DNA of 64,000 nt from an uncultured Candidatus Rokubacteria bacterium (GTDB lineage Bacteria; Methylomirabilota; Methylomirabilia; Rokubacteriales; DASRDR01), in NCBI GenBank assembly GCA_963708025.1, contig CAVPSB010000025.1, positions 128,001 through 192,000 of the forward strand, read 5' to 3'. A program made the position numbers and the translations under genes. Shown here piece by piece: positions 20,204-29,878 of this stretch. The first letter of the stretch is position 1; each line of letters begins with the position of its first letter. The notes below the pieces were generated by a model. That model had not been told where the DNA came from. It worked only from the letters and a program-made list of their open reading frames with translations, and did not search any database.

Positions 20204-21700
20204 CTATACCACGCTGGGCTTCGAGATGTTGCGCAGTAGATCGCGGGCTGTCGGAGACTCGTCCAGGAGCTGGCGGACGAAGGCCTCGGTCCCCCGGAGG
20301 GGCTCCAGCATGAAGATCTTCTTCAGGGGGCCTTCCTTCAGGTCGAAGATGACCGAGTCCCAGGACGCCGAGACGATGTCCTCGGAGTACCGCTGGAGGC
20401 ACATGCCCCGGAAGTAGGCCCGGGTGTCCTTGGGGGGATCGTGGATGGCCTTGGTGATCTCGTCGTCGGCGACGATCCGCTCGACCGCGTCGGACTCCTC
20501 GAGCTTGTAGTAGAGGCCCTTGCCAGGCCGGATGTCGTGGTACTGGAGGTCGATCATCGCGACCCGGGCGTCCGTCCAGTCGATGTCGTGCGTCGCCATG
20601 TAGCTCTCGATCAGGTCCTTCTTGATCACCCAGTCCAGCTCCCGCGACAGGGTCATCGGATCCTGCTCCAGCCGGTCCAGGACGTACTCCCACCGCACCA
20701 GGACGTCCTTGGTCACCGTGTCCAGCTCCCGGTCCCGGTAGTAGCGATGGGCCAGCTCGAGGAACTCGCGCTGGAGCCCGACCGCGGTGACGCTGCGCCC
20801 GTCCTTCAGCCGGACCGTGGCCCGGCAGTTCAGGTCGCGGGAGATCGTGCGGAATCCCTGGACGGGGTTGTCCAGGGAGAGGTCGCGGTCGATGAAGTCG
20901 TCCTCCAGCATCGAGAGCACGATGGCCGTGGTGCCCGCCTTCAGATAGGTGGTGAACTCCGACATGTTGGCGTCGCCCACGATGACGTGGAGGCGGCGGT
21001 ACTTCTCGGGGTCGGCGTGGGGCTCGTCGCGGGTGTTGATGATCGGCCGCGAGTGCATCGTCTCCAGCCCGACCTCGGTCTCCAGGAAATCCGCCCGCTG
21101 GGAGATCTGGAACGGCGTGTACTCGAGGTTGTTCTCGGAGCCGACCTTGCCGGCTCCGGTGAAGATCTGCCGCGTCACCAGGAACGGCATCAGGTGCTGG
21201 ACGATCCGCGTGAAGGGGCAGCGCCGGTCCATGAGGTAGTTCTCGTGGGTCCCGTAGCTGTTGCCCTTGTTGTCGGTGTTGTTCTTGTAGATGAGGATCC
21301 GCTGCTCGGGCGGGGAGACCGCCTCCGCCCGGGTCCGCGAGATGTTCAGGATCCGCTCGCCGGCCTTGTCCCAGATGACGAGGTCGCGCGGGTTCGTGCA
21401 CTCCGGCGTGGAGTACTCGGGGTGGGCGTGATCCACGTAGAAGCGCGCCCCGTTGGAGAGGATCAGGTTGATGAGGCGGGACTCCTCCTTCGAGGGCAGC
21501 TCCTTCTCCTCGGCGTACTCGAACCCCCGGGCGTCCCGGAGCGGGCTCTCCGCCTCGTAGTCCCAGCGGATGCGCGCGGTGCGGTACGTCTCGTAGGAGT
21601 TGATGAGGAGGAGGGAGGACAGGATCGGGTTGAAGTCCGGCTGGTTGCGGACGGTGATCCCGTATTCCGTCTCGATTCCCATCACCTTCGGGATGGCCAT
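20204..21700 (-). CDS. dop: Pup deamidase/depupylase
   Basis: KVMGIETEYGI, Dop-loop RWDYE.ESPLRDARGF, NGARFYVDHAHPEYSTPE, YKNNTDNKG.SYGTHENYLM, ASWDSVIFD, MLEPLRGT. Confidence 0.95.
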   Translation of the reverse strand: MAIPKVMGIETEYGITVRNQPDFNPILSSLLLINSYETYRTARIRWDYEAESPLRDARGFEYAEEKELPSKEESRLINLILSNGARFYVDHAHPEYSTPECTNPRDLVIWDKAGERILNISRTRAEAVSPPEQRILIYKNNTDNKGNSYGTHENYLMDRRCPFTRIVQHLMPFLVTRQIFTGAGKVGSENNLEYTPFQISQRADFLETEVGLETMHSRPIINTRDEPHADPEKYRRLHVIVGDANMSEFTTYLKAGTTAIVLSMLEDDFIDRDLSLDNPVQGFRTISRDLNCRATVRLKDGRSVTAVGLQREFLELAHRYYRDRELDTVTKDVLVRWEYVLDRLEQDPMTLSRELDWVIKKDLIESYMATHDIDWTDARVAMIDLQYHDIRPGKGLYYKLEESDAVERIVADDEITKAIHDPPKDTRAYFRGMCLQRYSEDIVSASWDSVIFDLKEGPLKKIFMLEPLRGTEAFVRQLLDESPTARDLLRNISKPSVV

Positions 21701-21763
21701 GCCGCCCTCACCGTCTTGACAGAAAAGGGGTGAGGGCGGCGCTCGGCGCGACCCTCACCCCTT
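21701..21763 (-). promoter_or_regulatory. alternative hairpins (terminator versus SD-sequestering) between arc and dop
   Basis: 21725-21736 pairs with 21752-21763 (12 bp, then a U tract on the mRNA); 21729-21740 pairs with 21701-21712 (12 bp, covering the dop SD). Confidence 0.55.
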
Positions 21764-21766
21764 CGT

Positions 21767-23590
21767 TTACAGGTATTGCCCGGTCGTGACCCGATCCACG
21801 GGCCGGGTCTTCTCTTTGCTCTCGCCCATCAGCGGCTTCACGTACACGATGCGCTCGCCCTTCTTGCCCGCGATCTTGGCCCAGTCGTCCGGGTTGGTGG
21901 TATTGGGCAGGTCCTCGTTCTCCTTGAACTCTTCCCGGACCGCGCTCAAGAGGTCCTCGAGCACGATGCCCTTCTCGCCGGAGCCGATGTACCGCTTGAG
22001 GGCCAGCTTCTTGGCCCGGCGAACCACCGACTCCATCATGGCTCCCGACGCGAAGTCCTTGAAGTACAGGACCTCCTTGTCCCCGTTCGCGTAGGTGACC
22101 TCGAGGAAGCGGTTCTCGTCGGTCAGCGCGTACATCTGCTCCACGGCGGTGTCGATCAGCCGCTTGATGGCCGCCTGGACGTCGCCACCGTGCGGGCGGA
22201 TCTCCTGCTCGTGGATCGGCACGTCGGGCGTCAGGTACTTGGCCAGGATGTCGTCGGCGGCCGACTTGTCGGGCCGGTCGATCTTGATCTTCACGTCGAG
22301 CCGGCCGGGCCGGAGGATGGCCGGGTCGATGAGATCCTGCCGGTTGGAGGCGCCGATCACGATCACGTTCTTCAGGCCCTCGACGCCGTCGATCTCGGCC
22401 AGGAGCTGGGGGACGATCGTGGTCTCGACGTCCGACGAGATCCCCGAGCCGCGGGTGCGGAAGAGCGCGTCCATCTCGTCGAAGAAGACGACGACCGGCA
22501 CGTCCTCGGCGGCCTTCTCCTTGGCCTTCTGGAAGATCTCGCGGATCTTGCGCTCGGTCTCGCCCACGTACTTGTTGAGGAGCTCGGGGCCCTTGATGTT
22601 CATGAAGAAGCCCTTGATCTTCTCGCCGCGCTTCTCCGAGACCTTCTGGGCCAGGTTGTTGGCCACCGCCTTGGCGATCATCGTCTTGCCGCAGCCCGGC
22701 GGCCCGTAGAGGAGCACGCCCTTCGGCGGGGCCAGCTTGTGCTCCTTGTAGTAGTCGGCGTAGAGGTACGGCAGCTCCACCGCGTCGCGGATGGTCTCGA
22801 TCTGATTGCTGAGGCCGCCGATGTCCTCGTAGCTGATGTCCGGCACCTCTTCCAGGGCCAGGTCCTCGACCTCGCTCTTCGGCAGCCGCTCCAGGAGGTA
22901 GCCAGACTTGCCGTCCATGAGGATGTGGTCGCCGACCTTCAGCTTCAGGGTCCGGAGCGGATCGGCGATGATGCCGACCTTCTCCTCGTCGGCGCGGAGC
23001 GTCACCACCGCCCGGCCCTCGTCGAGGACTTCCTTGAGGATGACCACCTCGCCCTGGATCTCGTAGCCCGCCGTCTCGATGACGTTCAGGCCCTCGTTGA
23101 GGACCAGCTCCTGCCCCGGCTTGATCCCCTCCCGCTTGATGGCGGGGTGCAGGTTCACCTTCACCTTGCGGCCGGCGGCCAGGATGTTGATGGTGCCGTC
23201 CTCGTTGAGCGAGAGGAACACGCCGTACGTCGAGGGCGGCGCGCAGAGCTTGTCCACCTCTTCCTTCAGCGAGGTGATCTGCTCGCGGGCCTCGTAGAGC
23301 GCGTTCACCAGCTTCTCGTTCTGGTTGAAGGCCTGGACGAGCTGGCGGTTCGCCTCCCGGAGCTTGTTCTCGAGGATCAGGGATTCCTTGGGCGCCTCGT
23401 CGAGCTTCTTGCGGAGGTGGACCGTCTCGGCTTCCAGCGAGCGGATGTAGGCCTGCAGATCCTGGATCTGGATCTCGTACTCGGTGAGTCGGCGGCGGTA
23501 CGCGGATTCCGACATCGGCAGGAACTTGGACAGGCCCTTCACCCCCTCCGATTCACGGGGTGGACCACCCTTCTTCTCGAACTCTTTCAT
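21767..23590 (-). CDS. arc: proteasome AAA ATPase (ARC/Mpa)
   Basis: N-terminal coiled coil, PPSTYG OB domains, [45 protein letters not shown]-terminal GQYL. Confidence 0.96.
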   Translation of the reverse strand: MKEFEKKGGPPRESEGVKGLSKFLPMSESAYRRRLTEYEIQIQDLQAYIRSLEAETVHLRKKLDEAPKESLILENKLREANRQLVQAFNQNEKLVNALYEAREQITSLKEEVDKLCAPPSTYGVFLSLNEDGTINILAAGRKVKVNLHPAIKREGIKPGQELVLNEGLNVIETAGYEIQGEVVILKEVLDEGRAVVTLRADEEKVGIIADPLRTLKLKVGDHILMDGKSGYLLERLPKSEVEDLALEEVPDISYEDIGGLSNQIETIRDAVELPYLYADYYKEHKLAPPKGVLLYGPPGCGKTMIAKAVANNLAQKVSEKRGEKIKGFFMNIKGPELLNKYVGETERKIREIFQKAKEKAAEDVPVVVFFDEMDALFRTRGSGISSDVETTIVPQLLAEIDGVEGLKNVIVIGASNRQDLIDPAILRPGRLDVKIKIDRPDKSAADDILAKYLTPDVPIHEQEIRPHGGDVQAAIKRLIDTAVEQMYALTDENRFLEVTYANGDKEVLYFKDFASGAMMESVVRRAKKLALKRYIGSGEKGIVLEDLLSAVREEFKENEDLPNTTNPDDWAKIAGKKGERIVYVKPLMGESKEKTRPVDRVTTGQYL

Positions 23591-23678
23591 GGCCCCCCAT
23601 TCCTTTCGTGAGCCTCGGCCGGCTCGCTCACGCCGACCCCAACCGCCTCCGCACGAGATCCCGGCGCTGGGTCGAGCA

Positions 23679-23708
23679 AGTATAGGCAGTGGCGAAAAAG
23701 AATGTCAA
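23679..23708 (-). promoter_or_regulatory. sigma70-like promoter of arc
   Basis: Minus strand TTGACA (23708-23703), 18 nt, TATACT (23684-23679). Confidence 0.65.
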
Positions 23709-24006
23709 GTTTGTTGGGTTCATACGGCCCTTTCGACCGTTCTGTTTCGCCCTCGCCACTCCTCTCGACCTGTCACCGGTGCAACGGGGGTGCCAGAAAG
23801 ACGCCCGCATCGTCGCCCGACCACACGCGCTACCTCGCGACTCGCCGCCGACCGGCCGGAATTTCGCACCGGCCATCGCGCAGCTCTTCCGGGCGTGGCC
23901 CCTCCTCCTTACAACCCTCTACGCGCGCCGATGGCTCCCGGGTCGGTGGTCGAGGACGCCATCGCCGCCCGGACAGCCACCCTCTATAATCGGCGCATGA
24001 GGCGTC

Positions 24007-24262
24007 CCGGGCCGAGACCCGTCGCGATTTCCGTCTCGGCCGTGACGCGCTCGGCCTGCGTCGCTCGGACGGCCTTCGGCCTTGGCGGACGGCCTTCGGC
24101 CTGGGGGCGTCCGTCCCGGCCTATGGTCGTCGTTCGGACGGCCTTCGGCCTTTGGGGTCGTTGCCGATCCTCGGCGTACTCGGAGTACGCCTGCGGTCGG
24201 CCACTCCCTGCGTCGTTTCGGACGGCCTTCGGCCTGCGGGGGCTGCTCGGGTCTCGGCCCGG
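24007..24262 (+). repeat. REP-like family A element with four nested GGCCTTCGGCC modules
   Basis: Perfect 15-bp terminal IR CCGGGCCGAGACCCG/CGGGTCTCGGCCCGG; core GGCGTAC-tcgga-GTACGCC. Confidence 0.85.
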
Positions 24263-24307
24263 TACCATGCCAGGACACGCTGTCGTGGCTGACCGGAGGG
24301 CAAACGC

Positions 24308-26053
24308 ATGAGCGGAACAGCCCCGCGCCGGCATCGAGGTCGTCACCCGGTGCGTCGATGGCGGGGCCTCGCCCGCCTGGCGCTCGCGGTCGCCGGCGTC
24401 GCGCTCGGCGCGGCCGTGGTGGCGAGCGCGCCCGCGGAGCCCGCCGGCGAGCTGCGCGTCGGCGTTTCCCGCCTCCCCGAGTCGCTCGATCCGGCGTCGG
24501 GGTCGGGCCCCGGGCTGGTCGTCTTCCGGCAGATGTACCAGGGCCTCGTCGAGGTCGGCGAGCGCGGCGACCTCGAGCCGGGCCTGGCCGTGCAGTGGAC
24601 CGTGTCGCGCGACGGTCTGACCTGGACGTTTCGCCTCCGGCCCGATGTACAGTTCCACAACGGGACGCCGCTGACGGCGGACGTCGTGGTCGCGTCACTG
24701 GGCCGCCATCTGGCCGCCGCCGACGGTGGGGAGCCGGCCGAGGCCTGGCTCCGGCTCTTCCGCGGGAAGAGCGCGGTCGTGCGCGGGGTGCGCCGCGGAG
24801 CCTCGGGAACGGTCGAGATCCAGCTCAACCAGCCCTTCTCGCCCTTGCTCGCGGTGCTCGCCCATCCCGCGCTGGCCATCGCGCTGACGCAAATTGACAA
24901 CCCGGTTCCTTTTCTCGGCACCGGACCCTACCGGCTGGCGGAGCGGAGCCCGGGGCGGCTGGTTCTCCAGGCGGGGGCGGCCGGCGAGGAGGTCCGTCTG
25001 GCGCGGCTGGTCTTCGAAGAGGCCGCCGACGACGCGGCGGGACTGGCGGAGCTCCAGCCCGGGGGTCGCCTGGACGTCCTGTTCCCCCGGGCGGCGCCGG
25101 CGTGGGGCGGCCTCGGACTCCAGGTCGTGACGGCACCAACCCGCCAGCTCGGGCTGCTGGTCCTGAGGAGCCAGGCGGGCCTGCTCGTCCGCAAGCCCGT
25201 CCGGCAGGCCATCGCCCTCGCGCTCGATCCGGCGCTCGTGGGCCCCGCCCTCGGCCGTGCGGCCCGGCCTCACGCCGCCTACCTCCCGCCCGGGGCGTGG
25301 GCGGCCCGCGCGGCTCCGGCGCCGGCCCACGACCCGATCCGGGCCCGGCGCCTCCTGGCCGAGGCGCGGGCCGGGACCCCGACCCTGACCCTGCTGGCAC
25401 CGGAGGCGTCGACGGGGGTCGACACCGCGCGGCTCGCCGAGGCGATCCGGCTCTCGCTCGCGGTCGCGGGAATCACCGTACCGGTCCGCCAGCTGGCGGG
25501 CGAGGCCTACCTGCAGGCGCTGCGCCAGGGCGAGGGTGAGCTGGCGCTCGTGGAGGTGGAGGAGCTCATCGACGATCCCCACTTCGTGCTGCGGCCGCTG
25601 GTCGCCTCCGATGGGGCGATTACGGGCGCGGCGACCAACGTGGCCTTCTACCGGAATGCCCTCGCCGACGGCATGCTGCTGCGCGCGAGTCAGCTCGGCT
25701 TCCGGCCGGAGCGCCTGCGCCTCTACCAGCGTCTGCAGGCCCAGCTGGCCGAGGATCTCCCGTACCTGCCGCTCTACGTCCGGCTCCAGTGGGCAGTGGC
25801 GCGACCCGGGGTGCGCGACCTGCGCCTCGACTCCGGCGGCCGCCACCGCCTCGACCGGGTCTGGATCGAGGCGCCGCCCGAGCCGGCCGCGCCGGCGCCG
25901 GCCGCATCGGCGCCGCCTGCGCCGGCGCCGGTCGCGCCGGTGCCACCATTGGTCGCACCCCTGCCACCACCAGTCGCGCCGCTGCCACCACCAGTCGCGC
26001 CGCTGCCACCGCCGGTCGCACCCGCGCCGGCCCCGCCCGAAGGGAGTCCATGA
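24308..26053 (+). CDS. ABC peptide/nickel transporter substrate-binding protein (family 5) with Pro-rich tail
   Basis: SLDPA, PGLA..WTVSRDGLTWTFRLRPDVQFHNGTPLTADVV, GTGPY. Confidence 0.88.
   Translation: MSGTAPRRHRGRHPVRRWRGLARLALAVAGVALGAAVVASAPAEPAGELRVGVSRLPESLDPASGSGPGLVVFRQMYQGLVEVGERGDLEPGLAVQWTVSRDGLTWTFRLRPDVQFHNGTPLTADVVVASLGRHLAAADGGEPAEAWLRLFRGKSAVVRGVRRGASGTVEIQLNQPFSPLLAVLAHPALAIALTQIDNPVPFLGTGPYRLAERSPGRLVLQAGAAGEEVRLARLVFEEAADDAAGLAELQPGGRLDVLFPRAAPAWGGLGLQVVTAPTRQLGLLVLRSQAGLLVRKPVRQAIALALDPALVGPALGRAARPHAAYLPPGAWAARAAPAPAHDPIRARRLLAEARAGTPTLTLLAPEASTGVDTARLAEAIRLSLAVAGITVPVRQLAGEAYLQALRQGEGELALVEVEELIDDPHFVLRPLVASDGAITGAATNVAFYRNALADGMLLRASQLGFRPERLRLYQRLQAQLAEDLPYLPLYVRLQWAVARPGVRDLRLDSGGRHRLDRVWIEAPPEPAAPAPAASAPPAPAPVAPVPPLVAPLPPPVAPLPPPVAPLPPPVAPAPAPPEGSP
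25950..26025 (+). repeat. 21-bp coding tandem repeat (PVAPLPP, about 3.5 copies)
   Basis: CCAGTCGCGCCGCTGCCACCA repeated at the C-terminus of the binding protein. Confidence 0.75.
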
Positions 26054-27648
26054 TGTCCACGGGGATCGCCCGCGTCATCGCCGGCCTCGTCGTGTGCCTC
26101 GCGCTGGTCGCCACCACCGGGCCGGCCCAGGGGCAGAAGCGTGGGGGCGGCTACCGCGCCGTGCTCGGCGCCGATCCCCCGACGCTCGATCCCGCCCAGG
26201 CCACCGACACGACGTCGTCGGCCGTTCTCCGCCAGCTCTTCGACGGCCTGGTCGAGCTGGACGAGTCGATGCAGCCGGTCCCGGCGATCGCCGAGCGGTG
26301 GACGATCTCCCCGGACCAGCGCGTGTACACGTTCACGCTGCGCCGGGGCGTCCGGTTCCACCACGGCCGCGAGGTCAAGGCGGCCGACTTCAAGTACTCG
26401 CTCGAGCGCGCCGCCCGCGGCAAGAAGCCGTGGGTCGTCGAGAAGCTGGCCGGCGCCGCCGAGGTGATCAAGGGACCGGCCACCGACATCCGCGGCATCC
26501 GGGTGGTCAACGACTCCACCCTGGAGCTGACGCTGGAGCGGCCGTTCGCGCCCTTCCTCAGCCTGATGGCGTACGACGCCGCGTTCGTCGTGCCCCGGGA
26601 GGAGGCGGAGCGGCTCGGCCCCGAGTTCGGATCGAAGCCGGTCGGCACCGGCGCCTTCCGCTTCGTCTCCTGGCGGCACGACGACCAGGTCGTGGTGGAG
26701 GCGTTCCGGGACCACTTCCGCGGGGCGCCCTACCTCGACCGGATCGTCTACCGGGTGATCAACGACGACACCACGCGATTCCAGGAGTACCGAACCGGCG
26801 GGCTCGACCACGTTGACGTTCCGTCCGGCCAGTTCCGGGCGACGCAGAAGGATCCGGTGCTCTCCCGGGAGCTGTCCGTTTATCCGATGCTCGGCACCTA
26901 CGCGCTCCGCTTCACGATGACCCAGCCTCCGCTCAAGGGCAACCGGAAGCTGCGCCAGGCGCTGAACCACGCGGTCGACAAGGAGGCCATCGCCAACGTC
27001 ATCATGGAGGGCAGCGTGGTCCCGGCCCGCGGCGTGCTGCCACCCGGCATGCCGGGCCACAACCCGGAGCTGGCGGGCTACCCGCACGACAAGCAGAAGG
27101 CGCGCCGGCTCCTCGCCGAGGCCGGCTATCCCGACGGCAAGGGCTTGCCGCCGATCACGCTCCACTACAACACGAGCCCGCTCCACCGGCGGATCGTGGA
27201 GCTGGTCCAGGCCCAGCTTCGCGAGTACGGGGTCCCCCTCCAGCTCGCGAGCCTCGACTGGGCCGCGTACATCAAGCTCGTGGACGATGGCGGCACCCAG
27301 TGGCACCGCATGGGCTGGCTGGCCGACTACCCGGACCCGGAGAACTTCCTCACCGTCCTCTTTCACACCCGGAACATCGGGCCGCCGGGCAACAGCTCCC
27401 ACTACTCGAACCCCGAGGTCGACAAGCTCTTCGACGAGGCCGACCGCCTGCCAGCGGGACCGGCGCGGCTGGCCAAGTACCGCGAGGCCGAGAAGCTGGT
27501 CGTCGAGGACGCGCCGTGGGTCTTCGTCTACTGGTACACGAGCCGGCTCCTGCAGAAGCCCTACGTCCGAGGGCTCGAGCGCTCGCCCATGTCGAGCGCG
27601 CCGGAGATGCACATGGCGCCCATGCGCAAGGTCTGGCTGGACCGATAG
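26050..27648 (+). CDS. ABC peptide transporter substrate-binding protein (DppA/OppA-like)
   Basis: DPPTLDPA, YTFTLRRGVRFHHG, PVGTGAF, GWLADYPDPENF. Confidence 0.92.
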   Translation: MMSTGIARVIAGLVVCLALVATTGPAQGQKRGGGYRAVLGADPPTLDPAQATDTTSSAVLRQLFDGLVELDESMQPVPAIAERWTISPDQRVYTFTLRRGVRFHHGREVKAADFKYSLERAARGKKPWVVEKLAGAAEVIKGPATDIRGIRVVNDSTLELTLERPFAPFLSLMAYDAAFVVPREEAERLGPEFGSKPVGTGAFRFVSWRHDDQVVVEAFRDHFRGAPYLDRIVYRVINDDTTRFQEYRTGGLDHVDVPSGQFRATQKDPVLSRELSVYPMLGTYALRFTMTQPPLKGNRKLRQALNHAVDKEAIANVIMEGSVVPARGVLPPGMPGHNPELAGYPHDKQKARRLLAEAGYPDGKGLPPITLHYNTSPLHRRIVELVQAQLREYGVPLQLASLDWAAYIKLVDDGGTQWHRMGWLADYPDPENFLTVLFHTRNIGPPGNSSHYSNPEVDKLFDEADRLPAGPARLAKYREAEKLVVEDAPWVFVYWYTSRLLQKPYVRGLERSPMSSAPEMHMAPMRKVWLDR

Positions 27649-27828
27649 CCGGCGGGGCCGATGAGCGTCGCGACGTTCATCTCGGTCGGGACGCGCTCGG
27701 CCTGCGGCCTCGCGGCCGTCCCGACCTATGGTCGTCCTCGGTCGTCCCCGATCCTCGGCGTACTCGGAGTACGCCTGCGGTCGGCGACTCCCTGCGTCCT
27801 AGCGCTGCTCGCTCCTCGGCCCCGCCGG
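27649..27828 (+). repeat. REP-like family A element
   Basis: 13-bp terminal IR CCGGCGGGGCCGA/TCGGCCCCGCCGG; core GGCGTAC-tcgga-GTACGCC. Confidence 0.85.
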
Positions 27829-27969
27829 GAGATCTGACCCACGTGCCATGACCCTGGGCGCTTCAAGGCTCGAATCATGCGGACGTGTGGGCCACATGCG
27901 GGGGCGGGGTCTGCCGACAGGACCCGCGTCGCCATGACGGCTTCATGACTGGATCAGGCTACTAGGGCC

Positions 27970-28893
27970 GTGCTCGGGGTGATCGCGCGGCGGCTGGTGG
28001 CGTTGGTCCCGGTCCTGTTCGGGATCTCGCTGCTCGTCTTCGTCCTGACCGCGATCTCGCTGGGGGATCCGGTGCGGGCGGCGATGGGCCAGCGGGGCGA
28101 GCCGGCCGTCATCGCCCGGATCCGCCAGGACTACGGGCTCGACGAGCCGATCTGGGTCCAGTACGGCCGCTGGATGGGGCGGCTCCTCCGCGGGGACCTC
28201 GGCCGCTCGTATCATCAGCAGCGGGCCGTGACCGAGATCGTGGCCGAGCGCCTGCCGGCGACGCTCCGGCTGGCGCTGGCCGCCACCGCCATCGCCGTGG
28301 TGCTGGGCCTGGCGGCCGGGACGCTGGCGGCCGTGCGCCACGGGGGCGCGACCGACCTCTTCCTGATGACCGGGGCCGTGCTCGGGATCTCCACGCCGGT
28401 CTTCTGGCTCGGCCTGATGCTCATCCTGGTGTTCGCGGTCTGGCTCGGCTGGCTGCCCGTCTCCGGGTACGGCGACGGGAGCTGGCGCCACCTGGTCCTG
28501 CCGGCCCTGGCCCTGGGCGCCCTCCACACCGGGGTGATCGCCCGGATGGCGCGGGCCAGCCTGCTGGAGGTCATCCGCGAGGACTACGTGCGAGCCGCGC
28601 GTGCCAAGGGCCTCCCGGAGACCGTCGTGCTCGTGAAGCACGCCTTCCGCAACGCGCTGCTCCCGGTGATCACCGTGACCGGCATCGGGCTCGCGGACCT
28701 CCTGGTCGGCGCCCCCCTCACCGAGACGGTCTTCGCCTGGCCCGGTCTCGGCCGGATGCTCATCACCGCGGTCGGGCAGCGGGACCTGCCGGTGGTCATG
28801 GGCGCGGTCCTGCTCTTCGCCGTCGTCTACGTCGTCGGCAACCTGCTGGTGGAACTCGCCCATGCGGCGGCGGATCCGCGCATTCACGTCTAG
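27970..28893 (+). CDS. peptide ABC transporter permease (DppB/OppB-like)
   Basis: GLDEPIWVQY, GDLGRSY, EDYVRAARAKGL, ETVFAWPGLG. Confidence 0.93.
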   Translation: MLGVIARRLVALVPVLFGISLLVFVLTAISLGDPVRAAMGQRGEPAVIARIRQDYGLDEPIWVQYGRWMGRLLRGDLGRSYHQQRAVTEIVAERLPATLRLALAATAIAVVLGLAAGTLAAVRHGGATDLFLMTGAVLGISTPVFWLGLMLILVFAVWLGWLPVSGYGDGSWRHLVLPALALGALHTGVIARMARASLLEVIREDYVRAARAKGLPETVVLVKHAFRNALLPVITVTGIGLADLLVGAPLTETVFAWPGLGRMLITAVGQRDLPVVMGAVLLFAVVYVVGNLLVELAHAAADPRIHV

Positions 28894-28978
28894 TGCCGTT
28901 CCAACTGGAGGATTACGGCAAGTCCGTGCTTCAAGGATTGCTTGCCCATCTTGGCTCACGTAGTTGGAACGGCACTAG
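28890..28978. mobile_element. MITE with perfect 17-bp terminal inverted repeats and CTAG at both ends
   Basis: CTAGTGCCGTTCCAACT (28890-28906) / AGTTGGAACGGCACTAG (28962-28978); lower-GC interior. Confidence 0.8.
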
Positions 28979-29798
28979 CTCGCGGACCCTGGCGGCCGGG
29001 GCCTTGCTGGTCGGCGCCTTCGCCGGCGGAGCGGTGCTGGCCCCGGCCCTCGCCCCGTTCGATCCCTACTCGGTGCCGGACCGCCTGGAGACGGCCAGCC
29101 TCCGGCCGCCCGGCGCGCCGTTTCCCCTGGGCACCGATCTGCTGGGGCGGGACCTCTTCTCCCGCATCCTCTACGGCGGCCGCGTCTCGCTGCTGGTGGG
29201 CGTCGGGGCCGAGCTGGCCGCCGCCCTGCTCGGCACCCTGGTGGGCCTGCTCGCCGGGTACCACGGCGGGCGCCTGGATGCCGTCCTCATGCGGGTGACC
29301 GACGTGGTCATGGCGTTCCCGTCGCTCGTTCTGGGCATCGGGATCATCGCCGTCTTCCAGGCCCCCGGCCTGGACAAGGTGATCCTGGTGCTCGTGCTCC
29401 TCGGCTGGACCACCATCGCGCGCGTCGTTCGCGGCGAGGTGCGGGCCCTCCGGGAGCGCGAGTTCATGCTGGCCGCCCGGGCCCTGGGGGTCCACGACGC
29501 CGCCCTCGTCCGGCGTCACCTCCTGCCGAACCTGATGGCCCCGCTGCTCGTCGCCGCGACGGTGGGGGTCGCGGGCAACATCGTCGCCGAGGCCGGGCTC
29601 TCCTTCCTGGGCCTGGGCGCCCAGCCCCCGACCATCTCCTGGGGCGGGATGCTCGCCGAGGGCCACGCGTTCCTCACCACCTCGCCCTGGGTCGCCGTCT
29701 TCCCGGGGCTGGCCCTCGTGCTGGCGGTGCTGGGCGTCAATCTCCTGGGCGACGGCCTCCGCGACGTCCTCGATCCCCGGCTGCGCGGCCGCCGCTGA
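28893..29798 (+). CDS. peptide ABC transporter permease (DppC/OppC-like); N-terminus MITE-derived
   Basis: PLGTDLLGRDLFSRILYGGRVSL, EAGLSFLGLG, NLLGDGLRDVLDPR. Confidence 0.92.
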   Translation: MPFQLEDYGKSVLQGLLAHLGSRSWNGTSSRTLAAGALLVGAFAGGAVLAPALAPFDPYSVPDRLETASLRPPGAPFPLGTDLLGRDLFSRILYGGRVSLLVGVGAELAAALLGTLVGLLAGYHGGRLDAVLMRVTDVVMAFPSLVLGIGIIAVFQAPGLDKVILVLVLLGWTTIARVVRGEVRALREREFMLAARALGVHDAALVRRHLLPNLMAPLLVAATVGVAGNIVAEAGLSFLGLGAQPPTISWGGMLAEGHAFLTTSPWVAVFPGLALVLAVLGVNLLGDGLRDVLDPRLRGRR

Positions 29799-29878
29799 CC
29801 CTCGGAAGGGCCGCCGAGGCCCCTAGTCGCCTTTACTTCGGCGCGGCCGGGCGGGTAGAATATGGCGTCCTCCGACAG

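Noticed and set aside
27835-27965. Possible additional MITE before the dppB-like gene
   Set aside because: Terminal similarity is too weak to support from this window alone.
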